Assembly: GCA_045837725.1 (NCBI GenBank)
Contig: JBEWZL010000084.1
Coordinates: 248,001-312,000 of the forward strand
Source of the DNA: Vermamoeba vermiformis
Taxonomy: Eukaryota
Reading direction: 5' to 3'
Length of the DNA: 64,000 bases
Below the pieces are notes generated by a model. The model was given only the letters and a program-made list of their open reading frames with translations. It did no database searches and was not told the DNA's origin. A program made the translations under genes and the position numbers. This document shows positions 13,055-27,700 of this stretch, one piece after another. Position 1 is the stretch's first letter, and every line of letters starts with the position of its first letter.

Positions 13055-14319
13055 TTACATGTCGCACGGGTACAGTAGGACGCAGTTCCACCACGAGGTA
13101 GATCGCGGTCGTCGTTGTTCTGAACCTGATTTAAACATTAGATAGCTGTCTAATGATTCGGCGACGATATATTGTTAGTAACGCCGACGAGTATATTAGT
13201 ATATAGAGTTCAAATGTGACTTCTTACCTTCGGTCTCTGAATGATTTGTAGCTGGTTTAGGTGTGGGCATAGGAGCTAATTTCAACGGCTTAGCCTTCTC
13301 TTCTATCTCTCGCTGCTTGTGCTCGATAGGAAAATTCTTTTCGATCAGGTTGGCTAATACTAAAGAGAAAGTAACAATTAGAAACAGAGGGAAAGGAGAT
13401 CCGTTCCCAAAAGACTTGCTGCAACTGAATTATTCGTGTGAACTCTCAGTCAATTTCGCGAGTCATATTTAATACGTACCTATATTTATAGAATGGTTGA
13501 ATTCAGAGGGGTGGTCGAATAACTTGGCTCTGCATAACGGACAGTTCTTGCTGTATTGAAGCGACGAGATCAGGCAGTTTTTGCAATAAGTATGGCCTAT
13601 ATCCATAACGTTAGTAATATTATCCATATTTCCGCGTTAAATTTCTCAAAGAAATCGATAGAGCAAGATCGCGCAAGACCGAAACTGAATCTTACCACAG
13701 ACGGTTGTAATGGGCTGATAAAATAGTCTGAAACATAAGGAGCATTCAAAATCCGTCATGTCTAAGGGGTTTACGAAAGAGCAACTGCAAGGAACCTCGC
13801 CGTGCTGAGAAAATTTGAGGTCCTCGAATAATTCTGCATCCGAATCTGCTAAAGCGGAGCCATCTTCGGAGTCACTTGACCTACATAATTAATAAATCGT
13901 TAGCAATGTAGATTAAATGGCCAGAGGGTTAAATTTTCTGCGTTAAAAGTTCGCTGCAAAGCACCCGAATCTCATCCTAAAAATATTTGATACGCTAGAT
14001 TTTCTACGGCAACGATTCGTAAATTTGAGTGTTTTAAATTACAATTTATCAGGGTGTACCTTTTAATGATTCTGGAATGCGGCGATTGGGAAATTGACCG
14101 AATCGCGTTCGATGCGCTTTCTTGAGAAGCGAAAGCCATAGTCGTAGCCAAGTGATTGGAGGGCGAAGATGATAACGGAGATGAGGATTCAGCGTCAGAG
14201 GCATTACTATCAATTAATTCGGCGCTTGAATCAATTGGATGCGGCTCTACTTCGTCCAGTAACAAGGAAATGTTGTTAATGTTTCTGCCGCGCATGCGCG
14301 ATCGAATATTTGTTGCCAT
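13055..14319 (-). CDS. RING-HC finger protein (LONRF-like RING), putative E3 ligase
   Basis: Spliced CSLCFRLFYQPITTVCGHTYCKNCLISSLQYSKNCPLCR. Ser-rich N-terminus. The last exon is inferred from the acceptor near 13126. Confidence 0.8.
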
Positions 14320-14839
14320 GATTGATGAGGTGAATATAAACAATGCAATAGAATATTATACAAGTATTTACAGGCTTTTTACAGGAGATTCGAAGGGTTA
14401 CCAAATCTGCACCCCCTTCTACCACTTCAAAACTATAATAGCTGGGTGTCTTGTGGTTGGTAATCTAAATTGATTTTGTTTTAAGATGAAAGGCACGCGC
14501 GAAGACAAAATAAAGCAGTTTGACCGCCAATTTTCAGCCAAATCCACAGGAAACTAATTCCGGCTCGATTTTCAGCCACACGTCACTTGACCTTGCCTAC
14601 GCAATTATCCTTTTCAAGTAACAATCTTTTTGCGCCTTAAACAAACTGCCTACTTATATTGTGTCGATCCAAGCCCTGATAAGTCGGTTGAATGATCGCA
14701 TGCATTGCAATGCAACAACGAGAACTTTAAAGCAATTTAATTTGCGGAATAAGGCTAAGTTAATGTACAAAAAGTCTCGATGCGAAATTTAAACCAACAC
14801 GAATCGGATGTGGTCTTCAAAAAATAAATAATTGGTTTC

Positions 14840-17778
14840 TTATTCAATGACTTCGACGTAATTGCTAGGGAAGTTGCCACCAGCGCCCGATGAGTTAGTT
14901 CCATAGTACCATCCATCCTCTTCGCCTTGAATCTCCAAGATTTCGCCTGAACAGCAGATTAGCAAAAAAAGATCCGATCGAGCTTTTTTTGAATTCTCTT
15001 ACCTTCTTTAATGGTCAATTCGGTCTCATCTTCGGCATCGTAGTCATATAACACCTTGCAGCGCATTGTTTGACCCTCTTTAGGCACGACAACAGTGCTT
15101 CTGTTACCAGGTTCGCTTGCAGCTAAATAAAAAACAGATCCGGTTAATATTGATCGTAACGGATAAGTATTATACTGACAATAGTTGCTACCTTCTCCTC
15201 CGATAACCTCGACAAAGTTCGACGGGAAGACACCTTCATTGCCATCCACGTTTCGTCCTCGCCACCAGCCGCTCTCGTCTTTTTCAAGCAGCACGAGAAT
15301 ATCGCCCTCGCGCATTGACAATTCATTTGCTTCGGTGGCGTCGTAGTCGTAGAGAGCGCGCAGACGAGTCTGGCCGTCATCGTCTGAACAAAATAGGAAT
15401 TAAATTTAATTTCAAATTCAAATTAAGCCAAATTATAATTGTAATAGCATTCGCTAGTAAATATATAGAACAGCCAAGCAGCCAGTTTCTAATGGCGCTA
15501 GGAGTGCCATAGATCCGACCGAGATCTCTCGATCTCGCCGCTGATCCGAGCTGAAGGAAAATAACTTACTGCTGCTAGCAACAGATCCAGCGGATTGATG
15601 AGTAGGAGCAGGGATATAAGGCGTATGCGTGGGCTGAGCAGAGACCGGTCGTGAGTTCGAGTTGTTGGTCTCAGGAGGAGGTGTGGCAGGTGTGCTGTTG
15701 AAAGTGAGTGTCGGTGCTCTGTTGGCCGAGGTCTCGTTCTTCACTGAATTCATCGGCGCTGACACCGTCACTGGTGTGCTACTGTCCTTGGAGCTGCCCT
15801 TGCTCGCTAAAATAATCACCAATCAGTCGTTAAGCTCAAGGTTAAAACCTTCGTGTCAAAGTGTCCACGTACCTTTGGGCTCTTTAGGTGGTTTGTCCTT
15901 GCTGGCCTTGTCTTTCTTCTTCAAGAAGCTCAATGCGCCGCTAGACTTGCTGCCTGAAGTGGTAGGAGTAGGGGCTGAAGTCGAAGGGGCGGACACAGCT
16001 GAAGTGGGCGGTTGTTTCTTGTCCGCGGCACCGAGCGGCACGTAGAAATATTGTGATTGGTCCTAAGCCCAACAAATAAATAAGTTATGAAACTTTTGAG
16101 ATGAGACGAAACAAAACTTACAACGGTGGAATCGTAAGCGGCGTATTGGACGCGTGGTGGAGGATAACCACTGGGCTTGTTGACTGTAACAAAGGCACGC
16201 AAATCATTGGAAACATCGACTGCGTTGGCTTTGGTCTACAAAAGAACAAAACGAAGGTTAGTGACACGTGTAAACGGTCGTCGATTAGGCATTATTTGTT
16301 CGTACGTTAACTCTTCTGACGGCTTCGGAGACAGAGGGACCAATGTTCTCAGCAAAGTTGACGAGCTTGCAGAACACGTCCTTGGTTTGTGTCAGACGCG
16401 AGTTCTCGTGCGATTCCATTTGCTAGTCATCAGTTCGGTTAGTTTAGATTATTTAAAATAATTCATTGTAATAAGACGTACTTTCAAAATTGCGGGCATT
16501 TCGTTATCGTAAAATCGGTCTTGAATGGCCTTCAAATTGTTCACAGAGTGAGAATAGTCCGTGTCTGATTTGTCTGCTTTTTTAGTGGTCTCTTCGAGCT
16601 TCTTTTGCACCTGTACAAATATCGTTAGTATATTTGCATATGGTGCGTATACCAGTTAATAAACGAGATTGCACGAGATTTTAAAGCGGATCTAACGGAA
16701 AAAGTGTCTTACTTTAGGAACTGAGGACGAGTTGGCTTGTTGTGCCTTTTGTAATTCTTCTTTTGTTTTGTCTTCCATTTGTCGCATTTTAATGTAATCT
16801 TTTCGTTCCTAAACGATAAAATAATATTTTTAGCTCATAATTATTTCGGACAAGATCTGTAGGCTTAGAAATTCGTTTAATTCGCTTATTTACCTTCATC
16901 ATTTCATCTTGTGCGTGCAACAAATCCTTTGTTAATTTTCTTCCGTTGGCAATGGTCTACGAAGAAAAAAATTAGAACGGGAATTCAATTTGATCGAAAA
17001 AACAGTAAATTTCTGTATTTATCTCGATAATGTTGTGATAATAAATAAGACCTACCAATGCGCGGCCTTTTCGGTCTTCCGTAGTTTGTTTTGAGAAAGG
17101 GTCATGAACTTCAGCCAGTACTTTTTGAGCGAATTGAGCATGAGTATTTGCGATAGCTTCAAATTCGTTTTTAACGGTCGCCCAGCATTCATTAGTGGTT
17201 CTATATAATATATTAAATTAATAAATTATTCTTGGATCTTAAACTGCACAGATGAGGTCGTAAACAGATTTTGGCAGACGATCTGCATTAAAATTGTAAA
17301 GATACTTTTCGTTGAAAAATAATTCTGTAATAATGCAGAAATAATAGGAAATAAATTAATTGATATAAAGCATGAACCATTTGAGTTCAGATGGGACAAA
17401 CGGGAGGTGAAGTCGTTGGTATAATAGAAATAATTTCTTTCGATATTAAAATAATTATGTCATATATAAATAACACTATATTTACCCTGATTCTCCGTTT
17501 AAGTCTAGATTTCGAACTAATTTTAACAGCGAAGAAGAGTATGCCTCTTCAATCTCGTGCAGCTTCTTTAAAAATTTGGCGACTTCTTTTGAGAATTTTT
17601 CTCCATCTTCCGCCTTTTTAGCGACGACTTCAAAGCCGTTCTAGAATTTACAACGGGATTAGTCGTTGCGTTTTGAATCAAAACTCTAACAACCGGTTTA
17701 CGTGCAGTATAGCCGCTCAAACTATTAGTGATGAATATTATTATAATATGTACGTACCCACAACTCGTCGAAACTCAT
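14840..17778 (-). CDS. F-BAR (FCH) domain protein with Pro/Ser linker and two C-terminal SH3 domains
   Basis: MSFDELW|NGFEVV FCH start followed by coiled-coil exons. SH3 motifs ALYDYDA...MSMREGDIL...GWWRG...GVFPSNFV and VLYDYDAEDETELTIKEGE...GWYYG...GNFPSNYV. Confidence 0.9.
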
Positions 17779-18236
17779 TTCGTTCGGAGCTGAGCTGTGT
17801 TGTCTCGGTGGTGGAAATTTTAATTTTACGAGTCTTCAAGCCTGTCAAACACCTTGTGGCGATTGGCTCAGTTCAAAATAGGGTGTCAATTAATAGGAAT
17901 ATCAGCTACGTAACTGCGGTGAGGCGTACATGGAGATAGTGCGGTAAAAATTGTTACGGAGGCATAAATCCACACATCCGGAGATTGCTCCTGATTTATT
18001 GCCCATTTAATCGATTTGAATTTAATTCTTACATACTTTAATACCTATTGTACCGTGCGGACATTTGCCAGTGAAGTTTCTGTTTCAAAAAATCTTTCCG
18101 TTTCAATTGGCCGGAAACGTGGCCACAAATTATTTGCACAATATCTGCGGAGTAATAACACTACGTATATATAACGTATTGGTCATTAATACGTTGTTGA
18201 CGTCACGTACAGTTCAGCTTCAGTGATCCGATCAAG

Positions 18237-21200
18237 ATGTCCTCGGTCTCTGATAGCGATCTCGACCATTTATTTACTTTTTTTGGTAGTCTGTCTGATT
18301 ATAGTGCCGCAAAAAAGAAAAAAGATCCTGAAGTACGTAATAGATACTATGAAATGTCAAATCCATTTCAATTTTGCGACAATATCTACCTAGCGAAATT
18401 TTTACGATATAAATCGATAACAGTATAATAAATAATATGAAATAATAGTATTTCTGTTTTTTCCGAATATTAGAATTTTTAAACGGTCTATTCAAAGTTG
18501 TGAAAATTGAATAAGCGTAGAATATTTTGTCTACTATTGGCACAATAATTTATATTAATATCTACTTAATGTTATTAACTGCTATGTATTCCAGCTGCAA
18601 GAAATACAAGACAGATGCAACGCACTTTTTTCAAAGGACTACATTATTCATCTGATTGAAAATAATCATTGCCATACGTACCCTCCCGAGATAGTATTCT
18701 TAGGCAGTCATGATGCTAGGGTAATATTAGATTTTTTTTGAATTTTTAAACGAACTTTCTGGTCTCAATGTTGCAATTTCGTTTCTAGGGGACCGAAGGA
18801 GATCCGTTCAACGCAATTCTCAGCCATGAAGAAACAGGTACTTATTTTCCCTATCTATCATATTTCCTCCTGCGGCAAGAAGTGGATCCGGATTTTTAAA
18901 GTTAAATATTTCCTATTTTGGGTTTGTTGCTTTAACATTATTATGCAGCTGTGAAAATGGAAGGAGAAATGCAAAAAAGCAAGAATTGTCGCTGCCGCCA
19001 ACGATTTCCAGGTACGTTTCTTATCCTACCGAAAACTAATATCAGATAACATCTGTGAATCGAATTTAATATTTAATTAATGAGAATTGTTGCATATTCG
19101 TAAATTATGTGTAATAATTGTGTTTTACGGCATTAATTAATGTTGTGGAACAGTTCCCGTGATAATGATCAACAACAAATATGTTTGCCGATCTGCTGGT
19201 CTGTCGGAAGCATTGGAGATCACCTTTAGGGTCAAAAGCGAGAATATAGGGTACTATAATATTACAATACTCTAACGTCCGATAAAATATAATATAATAT
19301 TTGTTGCGGATGTGGCACGTGCTTACAAACTTTTTCGTAGACATTCAGCTTCATCGGTAGCAACTCATCGAGAGTGGGATATATCATGGCTTAAGATGCT
19401 TAATATCAAATACATTTGCGATCTTATGGTCGAAGAGGCTGTTAAAGTGTACGTCATTGAGATTATTTTTTTTTCATGAACCAGATCTGCTTGGCGGGAT
19501 CTAGCAGCAAGCATGAAAATCTTATTAATTATCGTCATTATAGTTTGGGTTTTAGCGTTTGTTCTTCTGAGCGTACAGCTGAAGGCCACGGCAAAGTTTT
19601 TTACGTGTCTGGCATGCCCTATCCTGGTACGCATGAAACTGAAACACAACAAAATTTCTAACTATAATAACATCATATAGGTGTCAGTGCCTATGCCAAC
19701 TTCATAGAGAAGTTACAACGATGTAAGTCTAAGCGTTGCTATAAATAGAACATGATCTGACATATGACAGCTAAAACTGGTCCGTTGAAGATTACGACGG
19801 ATTATTGGAAAAAAGAACAAGCGACTGTTAGTATTTGCAAGCCTTTTACTCTTCCAAAGCCGTATAGCTGGGACCAATTCAAGCAATGGAGTGCTAGTAC
19901 GTGAGACTTAAAATTATTATTATTCATTCGATATTTTTTACCTAACATTTGTGTAGTCGAATTGACGCAAAACTACATGCGCTTCATTTTAAACTTGCTT
20001 CGCGACCCTGACAATACAGCTGGTGTGTTGATTCATTGTATTTCTGGTAAGATTATCTCGTGAAAATCACCTCGGTCGAGTCACTCATTCAATGTATTTA
20101 GGCTGGGACAGAACACCATTGTATATTTCACTACTCCGTATTCTTTTGTGGGCCGACGGTCAGATTCACAAGAACTTGTCAGCCGATCAAATGCTTTATT
20201 TGACGATTGCCTATGATTGGTTACTTTTCGGGTACGACAAAATTTTTTTAGACGCTTCTCGGAATTCAATTTTCTAATTAATATTGCTAGGCACGGCTTG
20301 TCCAAGCGCCTTAACAAGGGCTATCAGATCATGTACTTCTGCTTTTGGATCCTTGATTACCTCCGTGACGACGAGTTCAGTTTCCAATTCAACAAGCACG
20401 ACAAAGTGAACGAAGAGTTCCCTGAGACTATTGAGTACACCTTAGACCGACCTCCCTTGCCCAAGATCAGCAAGAACTATGTCAGCCCGACACTAGACAC
20501 GCACGACATGTTGTTCAAGAAGTACAACGACCCTAGCCTGCTTAAGAAGGCCAATAGCACGGCTGTGTTGAAGTCGCCGAAATCAAAAGACACCAATAGT
20601 GCTCTGACGCGTAACACGACTATTGCTCCGTTCACAAAGGACGAGTCAGTGCGTAACTCCAAGAGTGCCCCATCATCGCCGAGAGAACCTGAGACACCAA
20701 AGTTGGACGCACCAGCTCCGCCGACAGATACACGGGCCTCAAAAAGTTCCAGCAGTGACACGCACTTGGACTCCATTTTAACATCGAGCGAGACATCACA
20801 AATCAGTGAGTTGCAAATCAGAGTTGAAGAGCCAGCTGGTGAAGGGCAAAACAGTCTGTTCAGCAGCGATCTTTCCGACCCAACGAATGAACCGACTGGC
20901 GGAATTATTATTGACACGAGTCATAAAGGCGCTGAGAAGGAATGGGAACAAATCAAAAACAATCAAGACATTACTGACACTCAATCGCAAGTCTCGGAGA
21001 TAACTGGTCCAATTATAGACGACCGTGAAACCGTCACAATGGAACAATGGGAGAAAATGCAGCAAGGAAAGACTAATGGAAACAATACGAATGTCGACAC
21101 CCTATCAGAAGGACCTGTCATTGACGACCGTGAGACTGTTACGATGTCAGAATGGGCTAAAATGCATGAAGCGAAAGACACTTCCACCATTGACACACGT

Positions 21201-22379
21201 TCAGCGATCTCAAGCGATGACGGCAAGAGCCTAACTGTCCCTAATGAAGAGCCGCTACGCACTTCGTTGAACAGCGATCATGCTGCTGTTAACGCCGCCA
21301 GCAACAAGGCCCTGGATGCAATTAACCAGCTCAGCATGGACGACTTTGAGCACATTGAAAACAAGTCAGAGAAGGGCGATCACGTGGTCGATGAGCGCGA
21401 GACGGTGACCATGGAAGAATGGGAAAAGTTGCAGCAAGAAAAGAACAACGCGGATAATGCAGCAGCACAACAAACTAGGAAGAACTCGATTCCCATCAAC
21501 ATCCCTGACAATCTCAGCGACATCAGCTCACCGTTCAGTGACGTTAGTCTCGAGTTCGCGAAGAGCACGACGCCCAAAGCCAATCCGCTCATTGAAAGCT
21601 TGAAACTATCGAACAACTCACCGCGCCTGAGTGAGCAATTAGCTCATCTTGATGACCCGATTTCAAGGAACAGTCTCGCTGATAGTCCACGAAGCAACAA
21701 CAACGACTATTTGCCACGCGACACGAGTTACAAGCGCAAAGATAGCTTAGCCGAGTGGTTGGAATACACGCCTAGCCCTCCTGAGACTATTACAGTAAAA
21801 GTTGAGACTAAGCCTGAACCCGTAGTCCAAGTACCAGTAACGTAAGTGACCGATGCGCACGTGACACGTGTCACTAACTTCAATTCTATTTTTAGCCCTA
21901 CGAAGCCTACTATGGTGCCTAATCATCAAAGTGTAGTCGTAGATGAACGAGGTGATGATAAGTGGCTGGGTTGGGACATTGAAATTGACAGCGAGACGAG
22001 CAGCATGTCGGATCACATTGAAAAACTTGACATTAGTCCGAACGAATTTAATGGAGCCAATCATATTCCTGTGACGTTTTTCATGCACTTTAAGAAGACT
22101 GCGCCTACTGAAAGTCCAAGAAAGAGCAATACCAATGATATCTCCATGAGCGCAAGATCTTCCGATGAAAACGTTGATCCGGAAAAAGAACAAAAAAGAC
22201 GAGAATTGCAAGAGCGATTTGATCGTAAAATGGAGCGCACGCAAAGAATAGAACAAATTAGAGCTAAATTTATGATGTTCTATTTCAAGTGCATTCATAC
22301 AAAGTACTCGTTAGAAAAACGAAATCCGATCCGTTCATCATTTTTGGCTCTTATCAAGAACAATAGCAACCAAATGTAA
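18237..22379 (+). CDS. MTMR14: Myotubularin-related protein 14 (phosphoinositide 3-phosphatase) with a long disordered insert
   Basis: Spliced motifs RCRQRF-PVPVI, YICDLMVE, MPYPG, catalytic HCISGWDRTPL and AYDWLLFGH. A 54-nt intron at 21842-21895 joins ORFs 20217..21845 and 21846..22379. C-terminal RIEQIRAKF. Confidence 0.9.
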
Positions 22380-22444
22380 ATAAAGCCTTCCACTTGTAAT
22401 TAATTAGTGCTATTCTCAAATACTCCGGATTTGTTTCTGACATT

Positions 22445-24422
22445 TTATTTTGCGTTTTTACGAGCACTTATTTCGTTAAGGAACTTGAGACATTGGTTGT
22501 CGTTAAAACACTGTACATTCAGATGTTGTGGGCAACCATTGGCATACAAATATTTAAAACAACTCAGGGCGTTTGCTTCAGCTGTCCACTTATAAGTTGT
22601 TTTATCCCATCGACATCCATTCTCATGCAGGTACTTCAGCATTTGCAAGTAATTGTTCTTCCCTGCATAGTACGTTTCTTTGTGAGTCCAAGGACAGCCA
22701 TTTTCATGCAAATACTTCAAGCATGCAAATCTAGCATTTTTTGCAGCTTCTAACATTGTGTTTGCAGTCCATGGCACACCATACTTGTGAGCTAACATTA
22801 GGCATTGAATATTGCCTTCTGAAGCAGCTGCTGTGCAAACAACAGAGCTGGGCCTGCATCCATTCTTGAGCAAATACTCAAGGATATTTATGTGCCCCAA
22901 TTGTGCAGCCACCATGCACAGGTCATCTTCCAATTTGCAGCCAAGCTTGTGAAGGGCTTGAAATATTTCAAAAGCTCCTGATTCTGCAGCTGTCTTCATA
23001 GCACTTTGATCATAAGTGCCTGTGTAGTGTTAGTAATTTGAGAATCAATTAAAAAAAACTTACATCCAAGACTGATTAGATACTGGAAAGTTTCTGGGTC
23101 ATTGTTTGCTGCAGCCAGATTGCACAATGAAACGTCACTGGTGTCAAGTTTGTACCCTTTGCTTATGATGTACTTTAATCCTTGCAAGTTTCCATTTTCT
23201 ATGACTTTGTGGGCAATAGTCATTCTAGAGTCATTTTCATCCTCATCATAATAGTATCTTGCTAGTGGTGTAAATGTGCCTTCCCAGTTGAATCCATTTT
23301 CATGCAAGTACTTGAGCATCTCTACATTGTGACTAGCATTCATGCAAGCATCGTTTGTTGTAGGCTTGGGACAACCAACTTCAAGCAAGTACTTTATCAT
23401 ATGCAGATGATCAGACACAGCTGCTAATGCATATTCTGTTCCACTCCAGTGGCATCCATGCTCTCGTAAGATTCTACTCAGGTTGTTAATTTCTTCACAG
23501 GCTCATGGTTGGACTTACTTGACACATTCAATGCTGCCAGATGTCACTGCATTATTAATTGAGTTCTTCCAGTAAATCTGAATGTCTGCACCATTTTCCA
23601 GAGCATACTTGAGGCACTCTACACTTCCAGATTCAGCTGCTTTTGCTATTGTCTCATGCCATGCAGCACCCTTTTCATGAGCAAACTTCAAACAGTCCAG
23701 GTGACCTCCAAGTGCAGCTGTTATACAAGAGTCGCCTAGTTCACATCCTGCATCCACTAAATACTTCAAATTTTCCAATCTGCCTGCCCTGGCAGCCTCT
23801 TTACAGAGCCAATGTCGTACCATATGGTTGGATTTACTTTCAAAAATGTACTTCAAGCAATCTATCCCATCCGCTGCAGCTGCACCTACAGCTGTTTCCA
23901 TGTGCCAGTCACAGCCATTCTCATGCAAATACTTCAACGCTGCCAATTGATTGTTCTCCGCTGCTTTTGTTGTAGCCCAGAAGTTACATGGAAATCCATT
24001 TTCGCGCATGTATTTCAAGCAATCTACATGGCCTGGTCCTGCTGCTTCAGGGCAAGCATCGTAGTCTAAAGGGCATCCGTTGTCGTGCAAAAATTTGATG
24101 GTGTCAAGTTGACCTTCAGAAGCAGCTGCTGCCATTGTGTCAGCATCCCATTGTATTCCAATATCGTAGCAGTATTGCAGGCATGATATTGCGCCAATTT
24201 TTGCAAAGTAATCCATTGCAGAAGAATCGGCATCTGACACTGTTTTGAACTTCGGATCGGCCAGCTTGAGAAGCCGCTTATTTGTTGCTCGGAGCATCAT
24301 AGCATCATAGACATGAACGTCGCTTAGTATGTGTGTCCAAACGTCGTTGGGTAAGTCCAGTAGAGTGGTCTAGTGTCAAATCCAGAAAAATGTTAGAACG
24401 TTACAAATTATTCCATTACCAT
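22445..24422 (-). CDS. F-box-like N-terminus plus degenerate ankyrin repeats of the type abundant in amoebal giant viruses
   Basis: ATG-only exon at 24420-24422, then TLLDLPNDVWTHIL. Many AAxxGxLxxLKYLHENGCxW repeats. Two short internal introns (about 23021-23063 and 23473-23518) join three ORFs. Confidence 0.85.
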
Positions 24423-24713
24423 AATCGGAGCACCGAAAAATAATTTTAGAATATTTACTGAGAGTTTTGGGTGTTAATTCGGTGCGTCTAAACCGTAATT
24501 ATGTTCGATCCGTATCTTTTGGTCATTACCTCGTTCATGCTAGGTATTAATCAAACGCCCGTTCGCTGGAATTATTAGATATAATGAGAGTGTTAGTGTG
24601 CAGCGCTAGAATGTCAAAATACTTTTTGTTCCAGCCAGAAAAACACAACACGCCTGGGAATCACATAATTATCTAATATTTGATGTGTAGCATATTTATT
24701 TAATATCCGTAGC

Positions 24714-27700
24714 ATGAAGAGAATTAAATTATTTATTTGGTGCGTGCTGGTCGTGCAGATTTGTTTGGCGCAAGTGCGGGATCCAAGCGAGGCTTCAACT
24801 AAGGCAACAAGTAGTAAATATAGATCGAAGGACCCTAAGTCAGTCGAAGAAGTGCTCTTGTAAGTACTACTATGTCTTGAAGATACGAAAATTAATACAT
24901 TTTTTTCAAAAATCCTCAAATATTTTCTAACGCGGCTAAATGATACAGATAATAGCTTATATACAACAATAAGCATTATTTTATATTCAAAATATTAAAA
25001 TAATATTATTGACGTAATTTTTTTTTGATCAGCGGAATTGACACAACAAAACACGGAGCCCACGAGTGCCATTATAGTGTGGACATAATATATCAAAATG
25101 AACTATTATCAGACGAGAATACGCTGGTACCGCCAATTATATCAGATCTGCACGCGACCGGCGAACGAGATCTCGTTTTCGCGACTCTTAACTCAGCGCA
25201 TTTAATTAATGGTCGAACTGGCGAACTTCAAAGAGGTAAAATTAATATTGTCTATACCATAATTATGCAATCAAACCCTAAACAAAAAATGGATCTGGTC
25301 CAAAATTTTTTTAGTTGAATTTCATTAAGAATTTTTGCTGTATCCTTTCATAGTATACTGATATATTGTAATTTTATAGGACAATGGCCGCTATTATTAG
25401 GCGACACGGATATTTATTCTCAGCCACTTTTGTACGACATTAACGAAGACGGCATTGACGAAATAATTATCACGACAGACAACGGAGAAATAGTGTTTAT
25501 TGACTTATATGGCAATCCTTTAATAGGCCAAGCATTCAAAATACCTAAATTAAGAGTACGCAAAGATTGGTATACGGGTCTGGACACGGATGACGTGGAT
25601 GCGTTTTATTCACTGAAAGAGCACCAAGACAGCGATTCGGCGGATGAGAATAGGGACAATGTAAATAAGGACAGTAAGACTTACGAGGACTTGGAAGATG
25701 AAGGCTTCAAGGATTGGTTGGAACAGCAGCGCGTAAGTAATTTACGACCCATACATTTAGCCATAAATAATTACGCAAATATTTTCGAAAAATTATCCAC
25801 ATTTTCTCTGGCGAAAAACTGCATGAAAATTGTCTTTGGATCTGAGCTAAAAAGACCTCAATTAATCTTCTGTTAATCATTTTAGCGCTATTTCTGCGTT
25901 ATTAATCAAGTATTATCGGTATTAATAATACTGTTATTTTGTACAGCAAGAAATGTTGGAGCTGATCAACACGTTGAAAGACGAACTGACCGAAGAGGGA
26001 ATCAAGAGCTTAGATGTAAGTAATACTTGTATATATACCATATACATTTCATATTGCATTTAAAGAATTATTTAGCGGATCAAGGTCGAGATCCGGATTT
26101 CGACCAAAATTTCAACTTTTTGTCTTTAACAACTACGTATTGATTATTGTTATAGTTATTATTAAGCTCACGCGAGATCAAACATAACGACCAAGACGAG
26201 TTGTTCTATTCAATTCAATACGAGAATTATTTGAAAGAAAATCCAGCGGCAGTCAAAGTCGATGCCAAATATTTGCAGGTTGATGCGCACGTGATGGCGT
26301 CACCGATCATTGCAGATTTAAACAGAAACGGGCAGTATTATTTGATAGTACCGGTCTCGTATTATTTTGACGAGTAAGTAGATCGAACCGCTAAAAAACT
26401 TTCTTGCCAGATCTGATTTAATTTCAAAAGCAAAGCATCCTTCAACACAATACAATATGATAATAATATTAATAATTAATATGGACCAATATAATTCGTC
26501 CAGTTTCATGAAATATTGCAACAAGATCTGGCATTAAATTTTTTCCGTCCAAATTTTCCATACTAAGCGTTAGAATGTTATATACTACTATAGTATCTTA
26601 TTCATCATATCTTTCATATTATAGGTCCGAAGCTAATTCACCGCTCCGTCGCAACGAATTCATCGGAGTGTATCCGAACAGATACATTGCTAGCGGTGTC
26701 GTGGCGTTCAATTTGAAGACAAAAACTATCGCTTGGACTACTCGTAAGTATAATAATAATAATAATATGTATAATGTGATTATTTTCTTATATAACAATT
26801 TGTTGAAATAATTTAATTTTATCGATCCGAAAACAATTTACCGATCCAGATCTTGGCGAAACGATAATCTCCTCGCAAATTCATTTCATGCTATTTAATA
26901 TATAATTATACCAATATTTCCATTTGCGAGTCCATAATTTTACCATATAAGTAAATTTCAGATCTAACTTTTTTTTGGATTAGATCTGGATCTGACCACC
27001 GACAAGACCGAGTACCGCGGCTACATGCTCTCGTCACCAGTCACTGCTGATCTTAACGGTGATGGTCGATTAGAAGTGCTCGTCACAACTGCCGTCGGAT
27101 TCGTTTACGTCCTGGAAGCGGATGGCACCTGGAACAAACAATTTTCACCTGAATCTATGAGCTCTATTTATGCTAGTCCTTTAGTTGATGACTTTAATAA
27201 TGATGGTGCTTTGGGTATGATAATACGTCATAATAATAGGCAAACTCGGAAAACAATATTTGGTTACATCCGGATCTATTTTTACTGAAACAGAACAAAC
27301 CTCCTATCGATCGATTATTAATCAATTTTACATAGATGTGCTCGTAGTAGATGATAAAGGCAATGTCGTAGTGTTTAACGACAAAGGCCACGAAATTTGG
27401 GAAAACACAATTGCAGGCACGACACTCTACGTAAGTCAAAAAAACTAAATTTTCGTTCATGAAACAGCACGATTTTATCAAATTTATTAACGCACTTCGT
27501 TTTAACAGAATCCCATGTCTGGAGACATCAACGGCGACGGAATTTTAGACGTAATTATTTTGACCGAAGAAGGCATCGTATGGGCCTTGTAAGCATCTAT
27601 TTCCATATTAGGAAATGTAAGACTTCATATCAACAACTTTTTTTTATTTAGGCAAGGCAACAACGGTCAGATAATGAAAAATTTCCCTGTCAAATTGGGC

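Noticed and set aside
21843-21848. Apparent stop-codon readthrough between in-frame ORFs 20217..21845 and 21846..22379
   Set aside because: The TAA lies within a 54-nt GT-AG intron (21842-21895), so ordinary splicing explains it.
25340-25349. GTATCCTTTC, a U12-like donor in DEX1
   Set aside because: It lies inside a conventional GT-AG intron whose removal already preserves the frame.
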